Shown in pieces: positions 8,788-26,775 of a stretch of DNA of 64,000 bases. Numbering within the stretch: the first letter of the stretch is position 1; every line of letters begins with the position of its first letter. The translations under genes were made by a program, and so were the position numbers. Location of the stretch: the sequence record MN850639.1, one strand, 5' to 3'. The DNA is from Escherichia phage radambza. The notes under the pieces were generated by a model. It made no database searches. It saw only the letters and a list, made by a program, of their open reading frames with translations, and was not told the DNA's origin.

Positions 8788-9862
8788 AGATGGCTCTTTC
8801 AACGTCTGGTCATGCGTTGCTGTAGGTGACAAAGTTGTTACAACCTACGGTAAAGAAAATGGCAAGATGATGTTTGAAGAATATACAGCAGAACCTAAAA
8901 ACATCGGTAAAAAGAATGAGCGTAACGCTGAACAGCAAGCTCTCTTTGAAGTTGCTGCTAAGTATAAAAAGCAAGTTGACCGCAAAGGTTATGCTTACAC
9001 AAAAGAGTCTGCACAGAACACTGAAAAGGTAGGTGTACAGCTTGCTCATGATGCTGCAAAAGTTAGTCATGCAAAGTATATGAAGTTCCCTGCTGATGCT
9101 CAACCAAAACTTGATGGTGTACGTTGTAGAATTTCAAGAGATGCTGATTCAGTTAGTTTCACGGCTTATTCTCGTGAGAATACTGTTTACAACGTCCCAG
9201 CAGAACTAATCCCAGATTTGCTTTTGTTGCTTAAATTACATCCACAAGTCGAAGACTTTGATGGTGAGATTTATGCTCATGGTTGGGACTTAGAAGATAT
9301 TGTGTCTATGATTAAGAATGCTGACAACCCAGAACGTCACCTTCTTAAATTCTACTGGTATGATATCTGTGACAATTCAAAAACTTGGCCTGAGCGTCGT
9401 GAAATTATTGATAGCTCACCCATTATTGAGCTTGGTGATATCTGTAGAGTTGTTCCTGTACAGACTATCCGTGTTAACTCTTGGGAAGAGTTTGATGAAG
9501 CTCATGATAAGTGGGTTGAAGCTAAGTTTGAAGGTGCAATGTACCGTTCAATCTCTGAAAACTCCTTCTATGAGTGTTGTCACCGTTCATACTTCTTGAT
9601 TAAGCACAAGAAGATGCACACTGAAGAGTTTAAAGTGACTGGTGTAAAGACTGATAAGCGGGGTCATGGCAAGTTCGTTGTAGAGACTCTTCCTAACGTC
9701 TTTGTAGATGTCTCATGGAAGACTACTCATGAGAAGAAACAGTATCTTGCTGAGCATCCTGAAGAGTTTATCGGGAAACCTTTGACGGTTCAGTTCCAGA
9801 AGATGACTCGTAAGGGTTCTTTACAGTTCCCTGTCGGGCTAGTTATTAGGGATTATGAATAG
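8762..9862 (+). CDS. ATP-dependent DNA ligase
   Basis: Nucleotidyltransferase motif I KLDGVR (KxDG); about 366 aa; start set at ATG 8762 behind GAGG. Confidence 0.8.
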   Translation: MTTLYKQNKDGSFNVWSCVAVGDKVVTTYGKENGKMMFEEYTAEPKNIGKKNERNAEQQALFEVAAKYKKQVDRKGYAYTKESAQNTEKVGVQLAHDAAKVSHAKYMKFPADAQPKLDGVRCRISRDADSVSFTAYSRENTVYNVPAELIPDLLLLLKLHPQVEDFDGEIYAHGWDLEDIVSMIKNADNPERHLLKFYWYDICDNSKTWPERREIIDSSPIIELGDICRVVPVQTIRVNSWEEFDEAHDKWVEAKFEGAMYRSISENSFYECCHRSYFLIKHKKMHTEEFKVTGVKTDKRGHGKFVVETLPNVFVDVSWKTTHEKKQYLAEHPEEFIGKPLTVQFQKMTRKGSLQFPVGLVIRDYE

Positions 9863-10046
9863 TGAAAAGAGAGATTATCAAGTTTACAAATCCGGGTGGT
9901 TGTTGTCCGGTTCATGATAAGTACCCTAGCAACACTTACAAGAATAGGCGCTCTATCAAGAAGAGGTCACTCTTTATTAAGAAAGAGCACAGGCATGTGA
10001 GGCGGGTCGTTAAGCAAAATCTTCATAAAACTTTATTAGAAAGTTG

Positions 10047-10074
10047 TTGACATAGAAAATTTGGTGAGTATACT
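10047..10074 (+). promoter_or_regulatory. sigma70-like promoter
   Basis: TTGACA-16 bp-TATACT; about 250 nt upstream of the secreted-protein gene. Confidence 0.5.
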
Positions 10075-10327
10075 GAGCAGCATAAACCAACGGGTACTCA
10101 CCAGCATCACTTAAGAGTCTTCTAAGAGGGTTTTTAAGTGATGTCTGGTCAAGTGTTGTCCAGTATGGCAAAGCATGGTTCTGTTCGGTAGGGTTTGGTA
10201 TGGAAGGATGGCAGTAGCCTTATAAAAAATCTGCCAAATAAGCTATAAAATCTGTTGACAAGTCAGGTGTTATAGCTTATTTTTATACTCAATGTAATAC
10301 AAAATTTAATATAACTTTGAGGTAATT

Positions 10328-10711
10328 ATGAAAAAGGTTTTATTAGCTGCTGCAATGGTTATGGCAATGAATTTACCAGTCAATGCAACAGAACTCCCAA
10401 ATGTGGACTTATCAGGTGTTCCAGAAGACACTTGCCAGATTGTTAAAGGTGTTGCTCTAGCTAATGGCGAGCTACTTAAACCAATCTCTGAAGAGTCTTT
10501 AACAGAGATGACTGATAAGGTGACTGACTATCAGTATCGTGTCCTTGCAGAGTATTTCCTGCAATCTGCAAATATTAAAGAGAAGCACCATGATGATATT
10601 GATGTACAGGCTATGCTCAATCATCGCATCCAGTTTAAAGAGGATTTGATGCAAAAAGCTATGTATGGTGTTGAGTATTTCTTAGAAAACAGAAGCTGCA
10701 CAGGTATTTGA
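10328..10711 (+). CDS. secreted/periplasmic hypothetical protein
   Basis: Signal peptide MKKVLLAAAMVMAMNLPVNA; RBS GAGG upstream. Confidence 0.55.
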   Translation: MKKVLLAAAMVMAMNLPVNATELPNVDLSGVPEDTCQIVKGVALANGELLKPISEESLTEMTDKVTDYQYRVLAEYFLQSANIKEKHHDDIDVQAMLNHRIQFKEDLMQKAMYGVEYFLENRSCTGI

Positions 10712-10712
10712 T

Positions 10713-10925
10713 ATGGCTCTTAAAAAGTTACATCCCAGAAGCGGTTATGGTAAGATAATTGATGATACAGATGGCTTTACAGTCTTTACAGTTATCTGTC
10801 AAGATGATTCACAGATTGAAAAGGCTCTTGATGATTATCTTAACGATGAACGTGAAAAGGTTAGGGCTACGAACATAGATTCATTGATTGACACTTCACG
10901 CAAACGGAAGAAGAAAGATGAATGA
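10713..10925 (+). CDS. hypothetical protein (70 aa)
   Basis: ORF track; tightly coupled to the upstream gene. Confidence 0.45.
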   Translation: MALKKLHPRSGYGKIIDDTDGFTVFTVICQDDSQIEKALDDYLNDEREKVRATNIDSLIDTSRKRKKKDE

Positions 10926-11217
10926 GGTTTTTGACCCTTATGCCCCACAAGATGATTGGGAGGCTGATAGAGAGGCTGAAATGGAGAGTTATATTTGTCC
11001 AATGGATGTAGACGAAATGAGAGACTTCGTTGCACATCGTTTTAAGAGAGAGATTAAATCAAGAGGTCTTTCTCAAGAGCAAGTTGCTAAAATTTGTGGT
11101 ATCTCTCAGGCTCGTGTATCCAACATAATCCATCTCACTGGTAACGTCTCCCTTGAGTATATGTTGGAAGTATGTGAAAAATTTGGTGTTAATTTCAATT
11201 TAAGGTTGGCAGACTAA
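10918..11217 (+). CDS. putative helix-turn-helix DNA-binding protein
   Basis: LSQEQVAKICGISQARVSNII resembles an XRE-type HTH; start moved to ATG 10918. Confidence 0.5.
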   Translation: MNEVFDPYAPQDDWEADREAEMESYICPMDVDEMRDFVAHRFKREIKSRGLSQEQVAKICGISQARVSNIIHLTGNVSLEYMLEVCEKFGVNFNLRLAD

Positions 11218-11218
11218 T

Positions 11219-11578
11219 ATGAAACGTGAAAACATTATCCACTCTGAAAACTTCGCATTAGGCTTTTATGGTGTACCTACTCACCTTGAAAAGTATTATG
11301 GTGTAAAGATTCTTTCCAATCTCATTATGGCTTACAAAGATGGTAAGATTAAGCATACTGAGAAGAAACGTGTCATGGGTTATATGGCTGTAGGTTCAGC
11401 AATCTCGAACATTAAGTTGGAAACAACTAGCAGTCAGATTGTAAAAGACCACTTCATCAAAGAGCTTTACCAAAATCTTGATGGTGTAGATGTTCAGGCT
11501 GTTTGGCTGGATGTTGATGGTCATAACTACACAAGTTTTGTTTTCAAAAACGATGACATTAAGTGCTTGTTCCCATAA
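11219..11578 (+). CDS. hypothetical protein (119 aa)
   Basis: ORF track, operon context. Confidence 0.5.
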   Translation: MKRENIIHSENFALGFYGVPTHLEKYYGVKILSNLIMAYKDGKIKHTEKKRVMGYMAVGSAISNIKLETTSSQIVKDHFIKELYQNLDGVDVQAVWLDVDGHNYTSFVFKNDDIKCLFP

Positions 11579-11591
11579 TAGGTGATTAACT

Positions 11592-12107
11592 ATGATTGAT
11601 ATCTACTTACAAGATGCTCATGCAGACTTCCTTAAAGAAATGATTAAAAAGTTTATGGCTTCACAGTATGAGAATGAAGCATCTTTTAAAATAGTTACAT
11701 GTGGCGATGAAGCTGGTTTTGTTGAGATTGAACATGAAGGTACTGGAAAGACTGTTTGTAAGCTACCTGATAGTATGTTCTCTAACACGTTCTTAACAAA
11801 GACTAGTATAAATGTTAAGCTTGTACCACAGATTGAAACATACTCTGGTACAGATTACCCTAAAGGTTTTAAGTCACTGATGAAGTACTTCTTAGATGAC
11901 TTTGTGAGTAATCTTCTGAGAGAGGTAAAAGAAAGCCGTACAGTGTTGACTTTAGAGAATATGGGAGGCACTATTAGGGTTACTTCTGACTGCTTTGTTA
12001 TGAGCCTCTTCGACTTCGTTCCTAAGAACTTTGATGGTATTCTGGATGAAGAAGATGACTGTGTAGACTTTATATTGGTTCTTGAACCAGTTTTTGAGGT
12101 TAAATAA
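11592..12107 (+). CDS. hypothetical protein (171 aa)
   Basis: ORF track, RBS GGTG upstream. Confidence 0.5.
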   Translation: MIDIYLQDAHADFLKEMIKKFMASQYENEASFKIVTCGDEAGFVEIEHEGTGKTVCKLPDSMFSNTFLTKTSINVKLVPQIETYSGTDYPKGFKSLMKYFLDDFVSNLLREVKESRTVLTLENMGGTIRVTSDCFVMSLFDFVPKNFDGILDEEDDCVDFILVLEPVFEVK

Positions 12108-12368
12108 ATGAAAATTGAACACTGCTATGAGTCTGATGGAACACCTATACGTTGTCCACATTGTGGGTGTACAGACTTACAAGGTGAAGTTCATGTGATT
12201 GTTAATGGTCATATAGCTGAAGAAAGTACTACATGTGTTGGTTGTGGTGAGCATCTATCATTCTGGGCCTATGGTTCATACCAACCTGCACCACACTTAA
12301 TCTACCATAGCAATAAAGCTGTGAAGAATATTATCAACTGGTTCATTAAGAAAGGGTTTACAAAATGA
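12108..12368 (+). CDS. zinc-finger protein (86 aa)
   Basis: CPHCGC ... CVGCGEH cysteine clusters. Confidence 0.5.
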   Translation: MKIEHCYESDGTPIRCPHCGCTDLQGEVHVIVNGHIAEESTTCVGCGEHLSFWAYGSYQPAPHLIYHSNKAVKNIINWFIKKGFTK

Positions 12369-12910
12369 TTAAATTAATCTTTGCAAGTGGTGAAAATGGG
12401 GAGTTTGGTACTCCAACTGGTATGCCGTGGCCTCGACATAAACAGGACATGCAAGAGTTTAAGAGACTCACTAAAAATAACTTAGTAGTGATGGGTAATG
12501 AGACTTTCAAGACTCTGGGGTGTAAGCCTTTACCAGAACGTGCAAACCTCGTCTTAACAAATTCTGTACCATACTTAGGCATAGACTTTGGCAAAGATGA
12601 TGTAATGTATGCTAAAGCCAGTAAAGAGTCATTTGGAGCATTTTTGAACTATCTTGATAGCTCTATTGATGAAGATGTCTTTGTAATTGGTGGTGCAGGT
12701 GTCCTTGTCAATGCTTTACCATATGCTGGTGTAGTTTTCCATACAGTTTTCCATAAAGTTACTGAAGAGGCTACTGTGCATTTACCTTTTGAAAACTTCT
12801 TCGAGAAGCTGTATGATAACCGTGTATTTACAAAGGTACAGTCAAAACCATCAGAGGATGGTAAAACAACCTTTGAAATTTATGTTCCACAAGTAAAAGG
12901 ACACTTTTGA
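12365..12910 (+). CDS. dihydrofolate reductase
   Basis: MIKLIFASGENGEFG..GMPW...VMGNETFKTLG..PLPERANLVLT matches the DHFR fold motifs. Confidence 0.8.
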   Translation: MIKLIFASGENGEFGTPTGMPWPRHKQDMQEFKRLTKNNLVVMGNETFKTLGCKPLPERANLVLTNSVPYLGIDFGKDDVMYAKASKESFGAFLNYLDSSIDEDVFVIGGAGVLVNALPYAGVVFHTVFHKVTEEATVHLPFENFFEKLYDNRVFTKVQSKPSEDGKTTFEIYVPQVKGHF

Positions 12911-12911
12911 T

Positions 12912-13811
12912 ATGTCACAAGCAGATACAAGTTACAAAAATATCCTGAACCATGTTTTATCCGTTGGTGAACTACGTACTACACGAACTGGAGATGTTAT
13001 CTCTGCATTTGCTCCACCACAATTTCGTTTTGATATGCGTACTGGTTTTCCACTCTTAACATCTAAACAGGTGTTTACACGGCAAGTTATTGGGGAAGCT
13101 CTATGGTTCCTGAATGGTGAGAATAAGCTTGGTGAACTTCGTTACCGTACTTGGGGTGAAAATGACGGAGAACGCTGGACTATCTGGTCAGATGATTTTA
13201 AACGCTGGTTAAGCTCTAATTATTCTTCTGAACAAGATTGGTTAGATGATGCAGGTGGAAGGATTTATGGGGTTCAGTGGAGAAACTTTGAAGGTCATAA
13301 TGGTTGTGTTGTAGACCAACTAGAGACCTTAGTAACGAAGATGAAGGGTGATATCACAGACCGTTACATGCTTGTTAATGCTTGGAATGCAGCAGATATT
13401 GCAGCAAACTCAATGGCTTTAGCACCTTGTCATGTTCTGTTTCAGATTTATATCACTAACGAGGGTGAAGTTGACTTACAATGGTATCAGCGTTCAGTAG
13501 ACACCTTTTTAGGACTTCCGTTTAATATTGCTTCTTATGGTTTTATTCTGGAAGTTCTTTGTAAGATGACTGGATACACTCCACGGTACTTGATAGGTGT
13601 CTTTGGAGATACTCAGATTTATCAGAACCACATGAAACAGGTTTATGAACTACTGAACAACGAAGAGTTCCATGCACCAACTTTTGAGATTGGTATACCA
13701 CTTAACACTTTAAGTGACTTAAAACATCTTACAGCAAGTGATTTTATTGGTGGCATTAACAACTACCAACATGCAGGTAAGATTGAAGCACCTCTGTCAG
13801 TAGGCAAGTAA
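12912..13811 (+). CDS. thyA: thymidylate synthase
   Basis: Active-site context ALAPCHVLFQIY (ThyA catalytic Cys), 299 aa; directly follows DHFR. Confidence 0.85.
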   Translation: MSQADTSYKNILNHVLSVGELRTTRTGDVISAFAPPQFRFDMRTGFPLLTSKQVFTRQVIGEALWFLNGENKLGELRYRTWGENDGERWTIWSDDFKRWLSSNYSSEQDWLDDAGGRIYGVQWRNFEGHNGCVVDQLETLVTKMKGDITDRYMLVNAWNAADIAANSMALAPCHVLFQIYITNEGEVDLQWYQRSVDTFLGLPFNIASYGFILEVLCKMTGYTPRYLIGVFGDTQIYQNHMKQVYELLNNEEFHAPTFEIGIPLNTLSDLKHLTASDFIGGINNYQHAGKIEAPLSVGK

Positions 13812-13816
13812 AACAA

Positions 13817-13845
13817 AAAAGGCTCCTTTTTTACGGGAGCCTTAA
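13817..13845. terminator. bidirectional rho-independent terminator
   Basis: AAAAAAGGCTCC-TTTTTTAC-GGGAGCCTT between convergent thymidylate synthase (+) and the tail-module operon (-). Confidence 0.6.
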
Positions 13846-13848
13846 ATT

Positions 13849-14220
13849 TTATTTTTCAGTATTCTTTGTGTTCTTTTCAGTAATAGCTTGCAAGGCTGAT
13901 ACTGATTGAGCCAGATTGTTCACACTGTCAGAGAATTTATCCAGAGTTTTAGTAAGTTTTGCGTTCTCACCCTTAACATTCTCTAACTGAACTTTCTGGT
14001 TCTCCATCCCTAGCTGAATCAGTCTCATGTCAGACTGTAAATCACGAATAGCTGAGTAATTAGATTTGCTATAATTATCTAGCTGCTGTAACTTTGTTGT
14101 GACAGACACTTCTTGCTTACCATCCGAAACTTGCATGGTGGTATACATCCCAATAACACTAAAAATACCAACTACAATTGCACCAATATTATTTTTAAAA
14201 GCTTCCTCTAGCCACTTCAT
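13849..14220 (-). CDS. hypothetical membrane-anchored coiled-coil protein
   Basis: N-terminal TM AIVVGIFSVIGMY then heptad-rich region; last gene of the tail operon. Confidence 0.45.
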   Translation of the reverse strand: MKWLEEAFKNNIGAIVVGIFSVIGMYTTMQVSDGKQEVSVTTKLQQLDNYSKSNYSAIRDLQSDMRLIQLGMENQKVQLENVKGENAKLTKTLDKFSDSVNNLAQSVSALQAITEKNTKNTEK

Positions 14221-14414
14221 TTATTCTCCCCCTTAAAAGCTTTTTCTAAGTTATCTACGAACTCATCATCAATAGGTGTGTCTGTCTTACTCGCAAGATA
14301 TCTTGCAAGCTTAAAGAACACTTTCTCAATCATGTATTCACTTAGAAGGGATAAAATGAGTTTCCAGAAGAAGCTACCTAGATTTTTTAGGAGAATTGCT
14401 AGGATTGTAGGCAT
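14217..14414 (-). CDS. hypothetical small membrane protein (65 aa)
   Basis: Hydrophobic N-terminus; 4 nt overlap with the downstream gene. Confidence 0.4.
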   Translation of the reverse strand: MPTILAILLKNLGSFFWKLILSLLSEYMIEKVFFKLARYLASKTDTPIDDEFVDNLEKAFKGENK

Positions 14415-14493
14415 TTAATCACCTCATCAGCCAAGATGGTGAGAATACCCATAGAGAATATTAACACCATCTTAACAATCAGTCAACAAGGGA

Positions 14494-16845
14494 TTAAGCA
14501 GTTCTCACCCAAGCCATTAGCTTGTAGAATTGGTTAGTAACACTAAATGCTGAACCAGAACCTGTACCACCAGTGTTACCACTAACTGTATGAGTGTGAG
14601 CACCGATACCTACACTGTGAGCATGGTTACCAGCAGAAGCGGCAGTACCACTTACAGAGTGGGTGTGAGCACCGTTAGCATCGGTGTAACCCGGTCCTAC
14701 ACCAATACTACCACCACCACCACCAGAGTAGTGTGTAGAGTTCTGACCAATCCACGAAATGGAATGGTTGTGGTTACCAGCAGATGAAGTAGAGCCACTT
14801 ACAGAGTGAGCGTGAGCACCAGTCGTGTTAGTGTTTTTTGTTCCGTAGTCAAAAGATGAAGTGGTAGCAGAAAAACTGTGAGTGTGTGATGGTAAGTTAC
14901 CAACAGCTAACGTCACAGAATCTGAACCACCTGTTGTAGCAACATCTGAACCGTTAGCTGCTGCAACCCTGATAGTTCTACCAACACCGTTGTTCAGATA
15001 CGTCCAAGTTAGACCAGGCAGTGCTGTATTAGGGTTAACATTGCTGTTAAACCATGTCACAATACCTACTGGATAGATTTTGTTAAGGTCTGTAGAGTCA
15101 CTTACCGCCTGCGCAATCTTCTGGTCAGTCTCAGTTTTAGTATATGCACCAATATCTGAAGGGGTTGGTTTCTGAGCCTCTGTGTAAATCTTAGACCACT
15201 TAGCTTCAAAGCCTTTACTATCTACAGATGTTCTGTACCACATTCCACCGTTTTTATACTGGAACTTTAATTGCGCACAGGCAGTAGATGAGGTCACCCC
15301 CTGATACATTTGAAACACAAGTGCTGTGTAATCAGCATTTGTTGAGGTTACATTATATAAGCCTGTTTTAGCGTTCCATGCCACACCATCTGCATTCTGC
15401 TCTGTAGCTTCTCCTGTAGAACCTGCAACCATGAATCTCTGATTAGCTGCTGACTGAGTGAAGTATCTAGCATCTAAGTTAGACCAATCAGAAGGTTTTA
15501 CCTGTCCAGTAATCTGTAGAGATTTAGACAGAAGAACTTCGTCAGCTAAATCGAGTCTTGCACCAGTCAAGTAGTTATGGAATGATGCCGTACCAGAACC
15601 ATTAGTACCACAACCGATAAACCACTTATTTGTGTTATCAGTATTCTTACCAACAATGTAAGAAGAATTATTCTGAGCCTTGCTGTAGATTCTTAATGCT
15701 TCACCATCAGATTGAATATTCTGCTGTAAAGTGAATGTGTTAGCTTCATTCTTCTTAGCAAGATTTGCGTATGAACCGATAAGAACATAACGAGAGTCAA
15801 TGTTAGTCCAGTCAGAAGGTTGAACTTGACCAGTTACAGTTAGTGTTTTATTGATATTAACACTTGTCCCTACAGTAATCTTGCCACTAGTTTTGTAGTT
15901 TTCTAGAGCTACGTTATCACCTTCGTTACTATTACCAATGTACCATCTGTTGACACCTGTGCTATCAATCGCCTTAATGTACAATGGTTGTGCAGCATTG
16001 GCATTCTGTAGCCTAATTGCTTCACCATCTTTTTTGAAAACACTTAGTTGGTTGAATGTGTTTAAACCACTGAATGTGTTATTACCAACTAACTGTGCAA
16101 ATCTCTGATTAGCTGCTGTCTGAGTAAAGTATCTAGCATCTAAGTTAGAGAAGTCAGAAGGTTGCACTTGACCATTGATTGATAAAGACCTATTAAAAGA
16201 AGCAGCCGTTCCTAGAGTGAGGATGGAACCTAGTTTACTCTCGATTTGAACATCAAGACTACCCCTAATCAGGTTCCCAATAGCCCAAGTTTTTTCATTA
16301 CTTGCATCCCTACCTACAATAGCAGAGTATGCACTATCCCCACTCACAGGAGACCTTAGTGTTAACTGTTCCCCATTTGCTACAATGGTCTGTTTAGAGT
16401 TAAATGTGTTTGTAACAGCCAACCTTGCATATCTTGCGTCATTCTCTTCATTAGTTCTCATCCCAAGTTCATTAGGACTTGGCTTATTCAGAGTATGATA
16501 AACAGTTGCCGACCTTGAAGCGTCTGCAATAGTTAGTTTAAGGCCATTTGCGTTGATTTTAAAAGTCTTTAAAACATCCCCAATAGTAATCTCAGAAGAG
16601 CCTGTTGGGTCAAAGACTGCCTTACCACCATAAAGTAACTTAACAATCCCTAAGTCACCAGTCATAGTGCTGCCAGCAATCTGAACAAATCTTTCAAGTT
16701 TAAAAGATGCTAAGAAGTCTTGATAGGTCATTCGACGGTCTTCATCACCCAGCATTTCAGGTCTCTTTTTAACCCTGATATGAAGGAGGTCGTCTGAACG
16801 AATTGTATCAATTGAGTTTAATTCACTCAACTTGTAATCTGCCAT
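14494..16845 (-). CDS. tail fiber protein (long, receptor-binding candidate)
   Basis: 783 aa; three internal PSD(W/F)(S/T)N(L/I)D(A/S)RY repeats; C-terminal His-x-His-rich segment (HTHSFS, HAHSVSG, NHNHS, HTHSVSG, HAHSVGIGAHTHTVSG) typical of fiber tips. Confidence 0.75.
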   Translation of the reverse strand: MADYKLSELNSIDTIRSDDLLHIRVKKRPEMLGDEDRRMTYQDFLASFKLERFVQIAGSTMTGDLGIVKLLYGGKAVFDPTGSSEITIGDVLKTFKINANGLKLTIADASRSATVYHTLNKPSPNELGMRTNEENDARYARLAVTNTFNSKQTIVANGEQLTLRSPVSGDSAYSAIVGRDASNEKTWAIGNLIRGSLDVQIESKLGSILTLGTAASFNRSLSINGQVQPSDFSNLDARYFTQTAANQRFAQLVGNNTFSGLNTFNQLSVFKKDGEAIRLQNANAAQPLYIKAIDSTGVNRWYIGNSNEGDNVALENYKTSGKITVGTSVNINKTLTVTGQVQPSDWTNIDSRYVLIGSYANLAKKNEANTFTLQQNIQSDGEALRIYSKAQNNSSYIVGKNTDNTNKWFIGCGTNGSGTASFHNYLTGARLDLADEVLLSKSLQITGQVKPSDWSNLDARYFTQSAANQRFMVAGSTGEATEQNADGVAWNAKTGLYNVTSTNADYTALVFQMYQGVTSSTACAQLKFQYKNGGMWYRTSVDSKGFEAKWSKIYTEAQKPTPSDIGAYTKTETDQKIAQAVSDSTDLNKIYPVGIVTWFNSNVNPNTALPGLTWTYLNNGVGRTIRVAAANGSDVATTGGSDSVTLAVGNLPSHTHSFSATTSSFDYGTKNTNTTGAHAHSVSGSTSSAGNHNHSISWIGQNSTHYSGGGGGSIGVGPGYTDANGAHTHSVSGTAASAGNHAHSVGIGAHTHTVSGNTGGTGSGSAFSVTNQFYKLMAWVRTA

Positions 16846-16891
16846 TATAAATTTTCCTCTTAAAAGGGGCTATACAGCCCCTGTAAAGAAA

Positions 16892-18040
16892 TTAAGCTGT
16901 TCTCTGCCATACATACAATACGAAGGATGGCTGTTCAACGCTAAATGCTTGACCAGAACCAGTTGTGCCAGTTGTGCCAGAGTGCGAATGCTCACCTGCT
17001 CCGGTTACTGTTACTGTTGCTGAGTGGTTGTGGGAGCCAATTGCAACAGAATGACTGTGAGCACCAATACCAACTGTGTGATTATGCGCACCAATTGCTA
17101 CAGAGTGAGTGTGGTTGTTAGCTGTTGTCAGCGTAGCTCTTGGGTCATAGCTTGCCCCCTCAACTGATAAACCTCTCCAACCACCATCAGCATAACCACG
17201 ATTAATGAATGTTGTTTGTGTTAAACCAGCAGCACTGGTTGTTCTGTTACCATAGTCATAAGTAGATACAGTCTTTGTTCCATAGTCAAACGTTGTAGTC
17301 CCTTTAGTACCGTAGTCAAAAGCACTGATAGAGGCCGTTGCACCGTGTGTGTGACCACCACCAGTGACGTATACTGAGTGAGTATGTGCAGGAATGTTGT
17401 TAACTGTCAGTGCAGTAGTCTGCGAACCAAACGTTGAGCCAACTGGCCTAGAAGCACTATCATAACCTACAAGTGCTCTTCCTTTTGAAACTAACTCCCA
17501 AGTACCTCCACAAATTAAATATGTAGAAGGGTTTGCAGGATTCATAGAGAGATGGATAGTACCTACTGGATAAGAAGCCTGAACAGCCTTGTACAAGTTA
17601 TTTACTGCTCTTGCTGTAGCATACTTATCTGCATCCTCGTTATAAAGGTTAGATGTCACCCAGTTCTGAACATTACTTAACCCAACCTGTGCCTTAGTGG
17701 TATTGTGTGGGTTGCTCTTATCATCAATATGTTGTTGAATAAGATTATTAACCTCTTCTGAAGACATAATCTGTAGATTTGCTCTTGCCTCAGCTACATT
17801 AACAATGTCTGATAAGTTATTTTCAGCAACTAACTGGAGAGCATTAATAACGTTATCTAAACCAATTTGTGTCTTAGTAACACCATGAGGGTTATTTCTT
17901 AGGCTTGAGTGTGGAGCAAGTAATTGCTCAAGAGTGCATCTCTTATCCTCGATACCCTGTTTAAGATGGAAGATATCACTAAGGTCAATTGGTAAGGCTG
18001 CTTGAGGCAAGGCACTAATTTGAATTTCACCTACTGCCAT
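16892..18040 (-). CDS. tail fiber protein (second)
   Basis: NPHGVTKTQIGLDNV / NPHNTTKAQVGLSNV phage fiber repeats; C-terminal HxH motifs. Confidence 0.7.
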   Translation of the reverse strand: MAVGEIQISALPQAALPIDLSDIFHLKQGIEDKRCTLEQLLAPHSSLRNNPHGVTKTQIGLDNVINALQLVAENNLSDIVNVAEARANLQIMSSEEVNNLIQQHIDDKSNPHNTTKAQVGLSNVQNWVTSNLYNEDADKYATARAVNNLYKAVQASYPVGTIHLSMNPANPSTYLICGGTWELVSKGRALVGYDSASRPVGSTFGSQTTALTVNNIPAHTHSVYVTGGGHTHGATASISAFDYGTKGTTTFDYGTKTVSTYDYGNRTTSAAGLTQTTFINRGYADGGWRGLSVEGASYDPRATLTTANNHTHSVAIGAHNHTVGIGAHSHSVAIGSHNHSATVTVTGAGEHSHSGTTGTTGSGQAFSVEQPSFVLYVWQRTA

Positions 18041-18042
18041 TA

Positions 18043-26061
<8,019 letters not shown>

Positions 26062-26062
<1 letters not shown>

Positions 26063-26301
26063 TACATTTTTCCTGCTCTTCTAAGTTCGTTGTAAGCAAT
26101 TTCCTCTTTATACGACCTCTGAATCTCAAGAAATTGTCTCAATGATAATAAATCAGAGAATGTCATAGCAAAGAGTTGGTCAAGTGTTTCTTTACACCCT
26201 TCCATACCATAAATAGCAAGCACAAATTTCATCTCGTCTGCTTCTTCATAGGTTGCCTCTACAGCAGCATCAGTTAGTGGTGTCTGTAGAGTGTTACCCA
26301 T
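26062..26301 (-). CDS. tail assembly chaperone (small)
   Basis: 79 aa directly upstream of the tape measure gene. Confidence 0.45.
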
Positions 26302-26303
26302 GT

Positions 26304-26702
26304 TTACTGAGAAGTTAGGCTTTTGAAAATGCTTGCTTCGAAAAAACTTCCGAAGTTTGCCTCCAGCGCAAATGCTAAGTAATCAATAAACTCACCGTAG
26401 TTTGCTTGGAAGTACGTATCAATATTAAGTGGGAAGTCGTCAACAGTTGCCCCTTGAAATAATAAGGTAGCCATCTCTTCAAGGTTAATTTCTTCAATTC
26501 TGTCAAAACAAGCTTCAACAAGTTCTTTAAATGGAACCATTGGAGCTTCTTTCTTACCCTTGTCAGTCAGACTTGACAGCATCTGTGCAAAAGTTGGAAC
26601 AACAATTTTACCCAACTTCATAGACATCTTAATACCATCTCTTGCCCCAAGCAGAACGATATTTACTTTCTTACCATTAATTACTCTAGATTCTGTTTTC
26701 AT
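26304..26702 (-). CDS. tail assembly chaperone
   Basis: 132 aa between tube and tape measure genes. Confidence 0.5.
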   Translation of the reverse strand: MKTESRVINGKKVNIVLLGARDGIKMSMKLGKIVVPTFAQMLSSLTDKGKKEAPMVPFKELVEACFDRIEEINLEEMATLLFQGATVDDFPLNIDTYFQANYGEFIDYLAFALEANFGSFFEASIFKSLTSQ

Positions 26703-26775
26703 TGTGATTCCTTAATACTTTTAAAAGAAACAAAAAAGGGGAAGACCTTTTAAAGTCTCCCCCTTATAGGATTTA

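Noticed and set aside
9862-10050. 62 aa basic ORF after the ligase gene
   Set aside because: Would need a GTG start overlapping the ligase stop and has no RBS; left uncalled.
14590-15076. Plus-strand ORFs of 65 and 64 aa inside the tail fiber gene
   Set aside because: Antisense to the fiber gene; Thr/Val/Ser low-complexity translations mirror the fiber codons.
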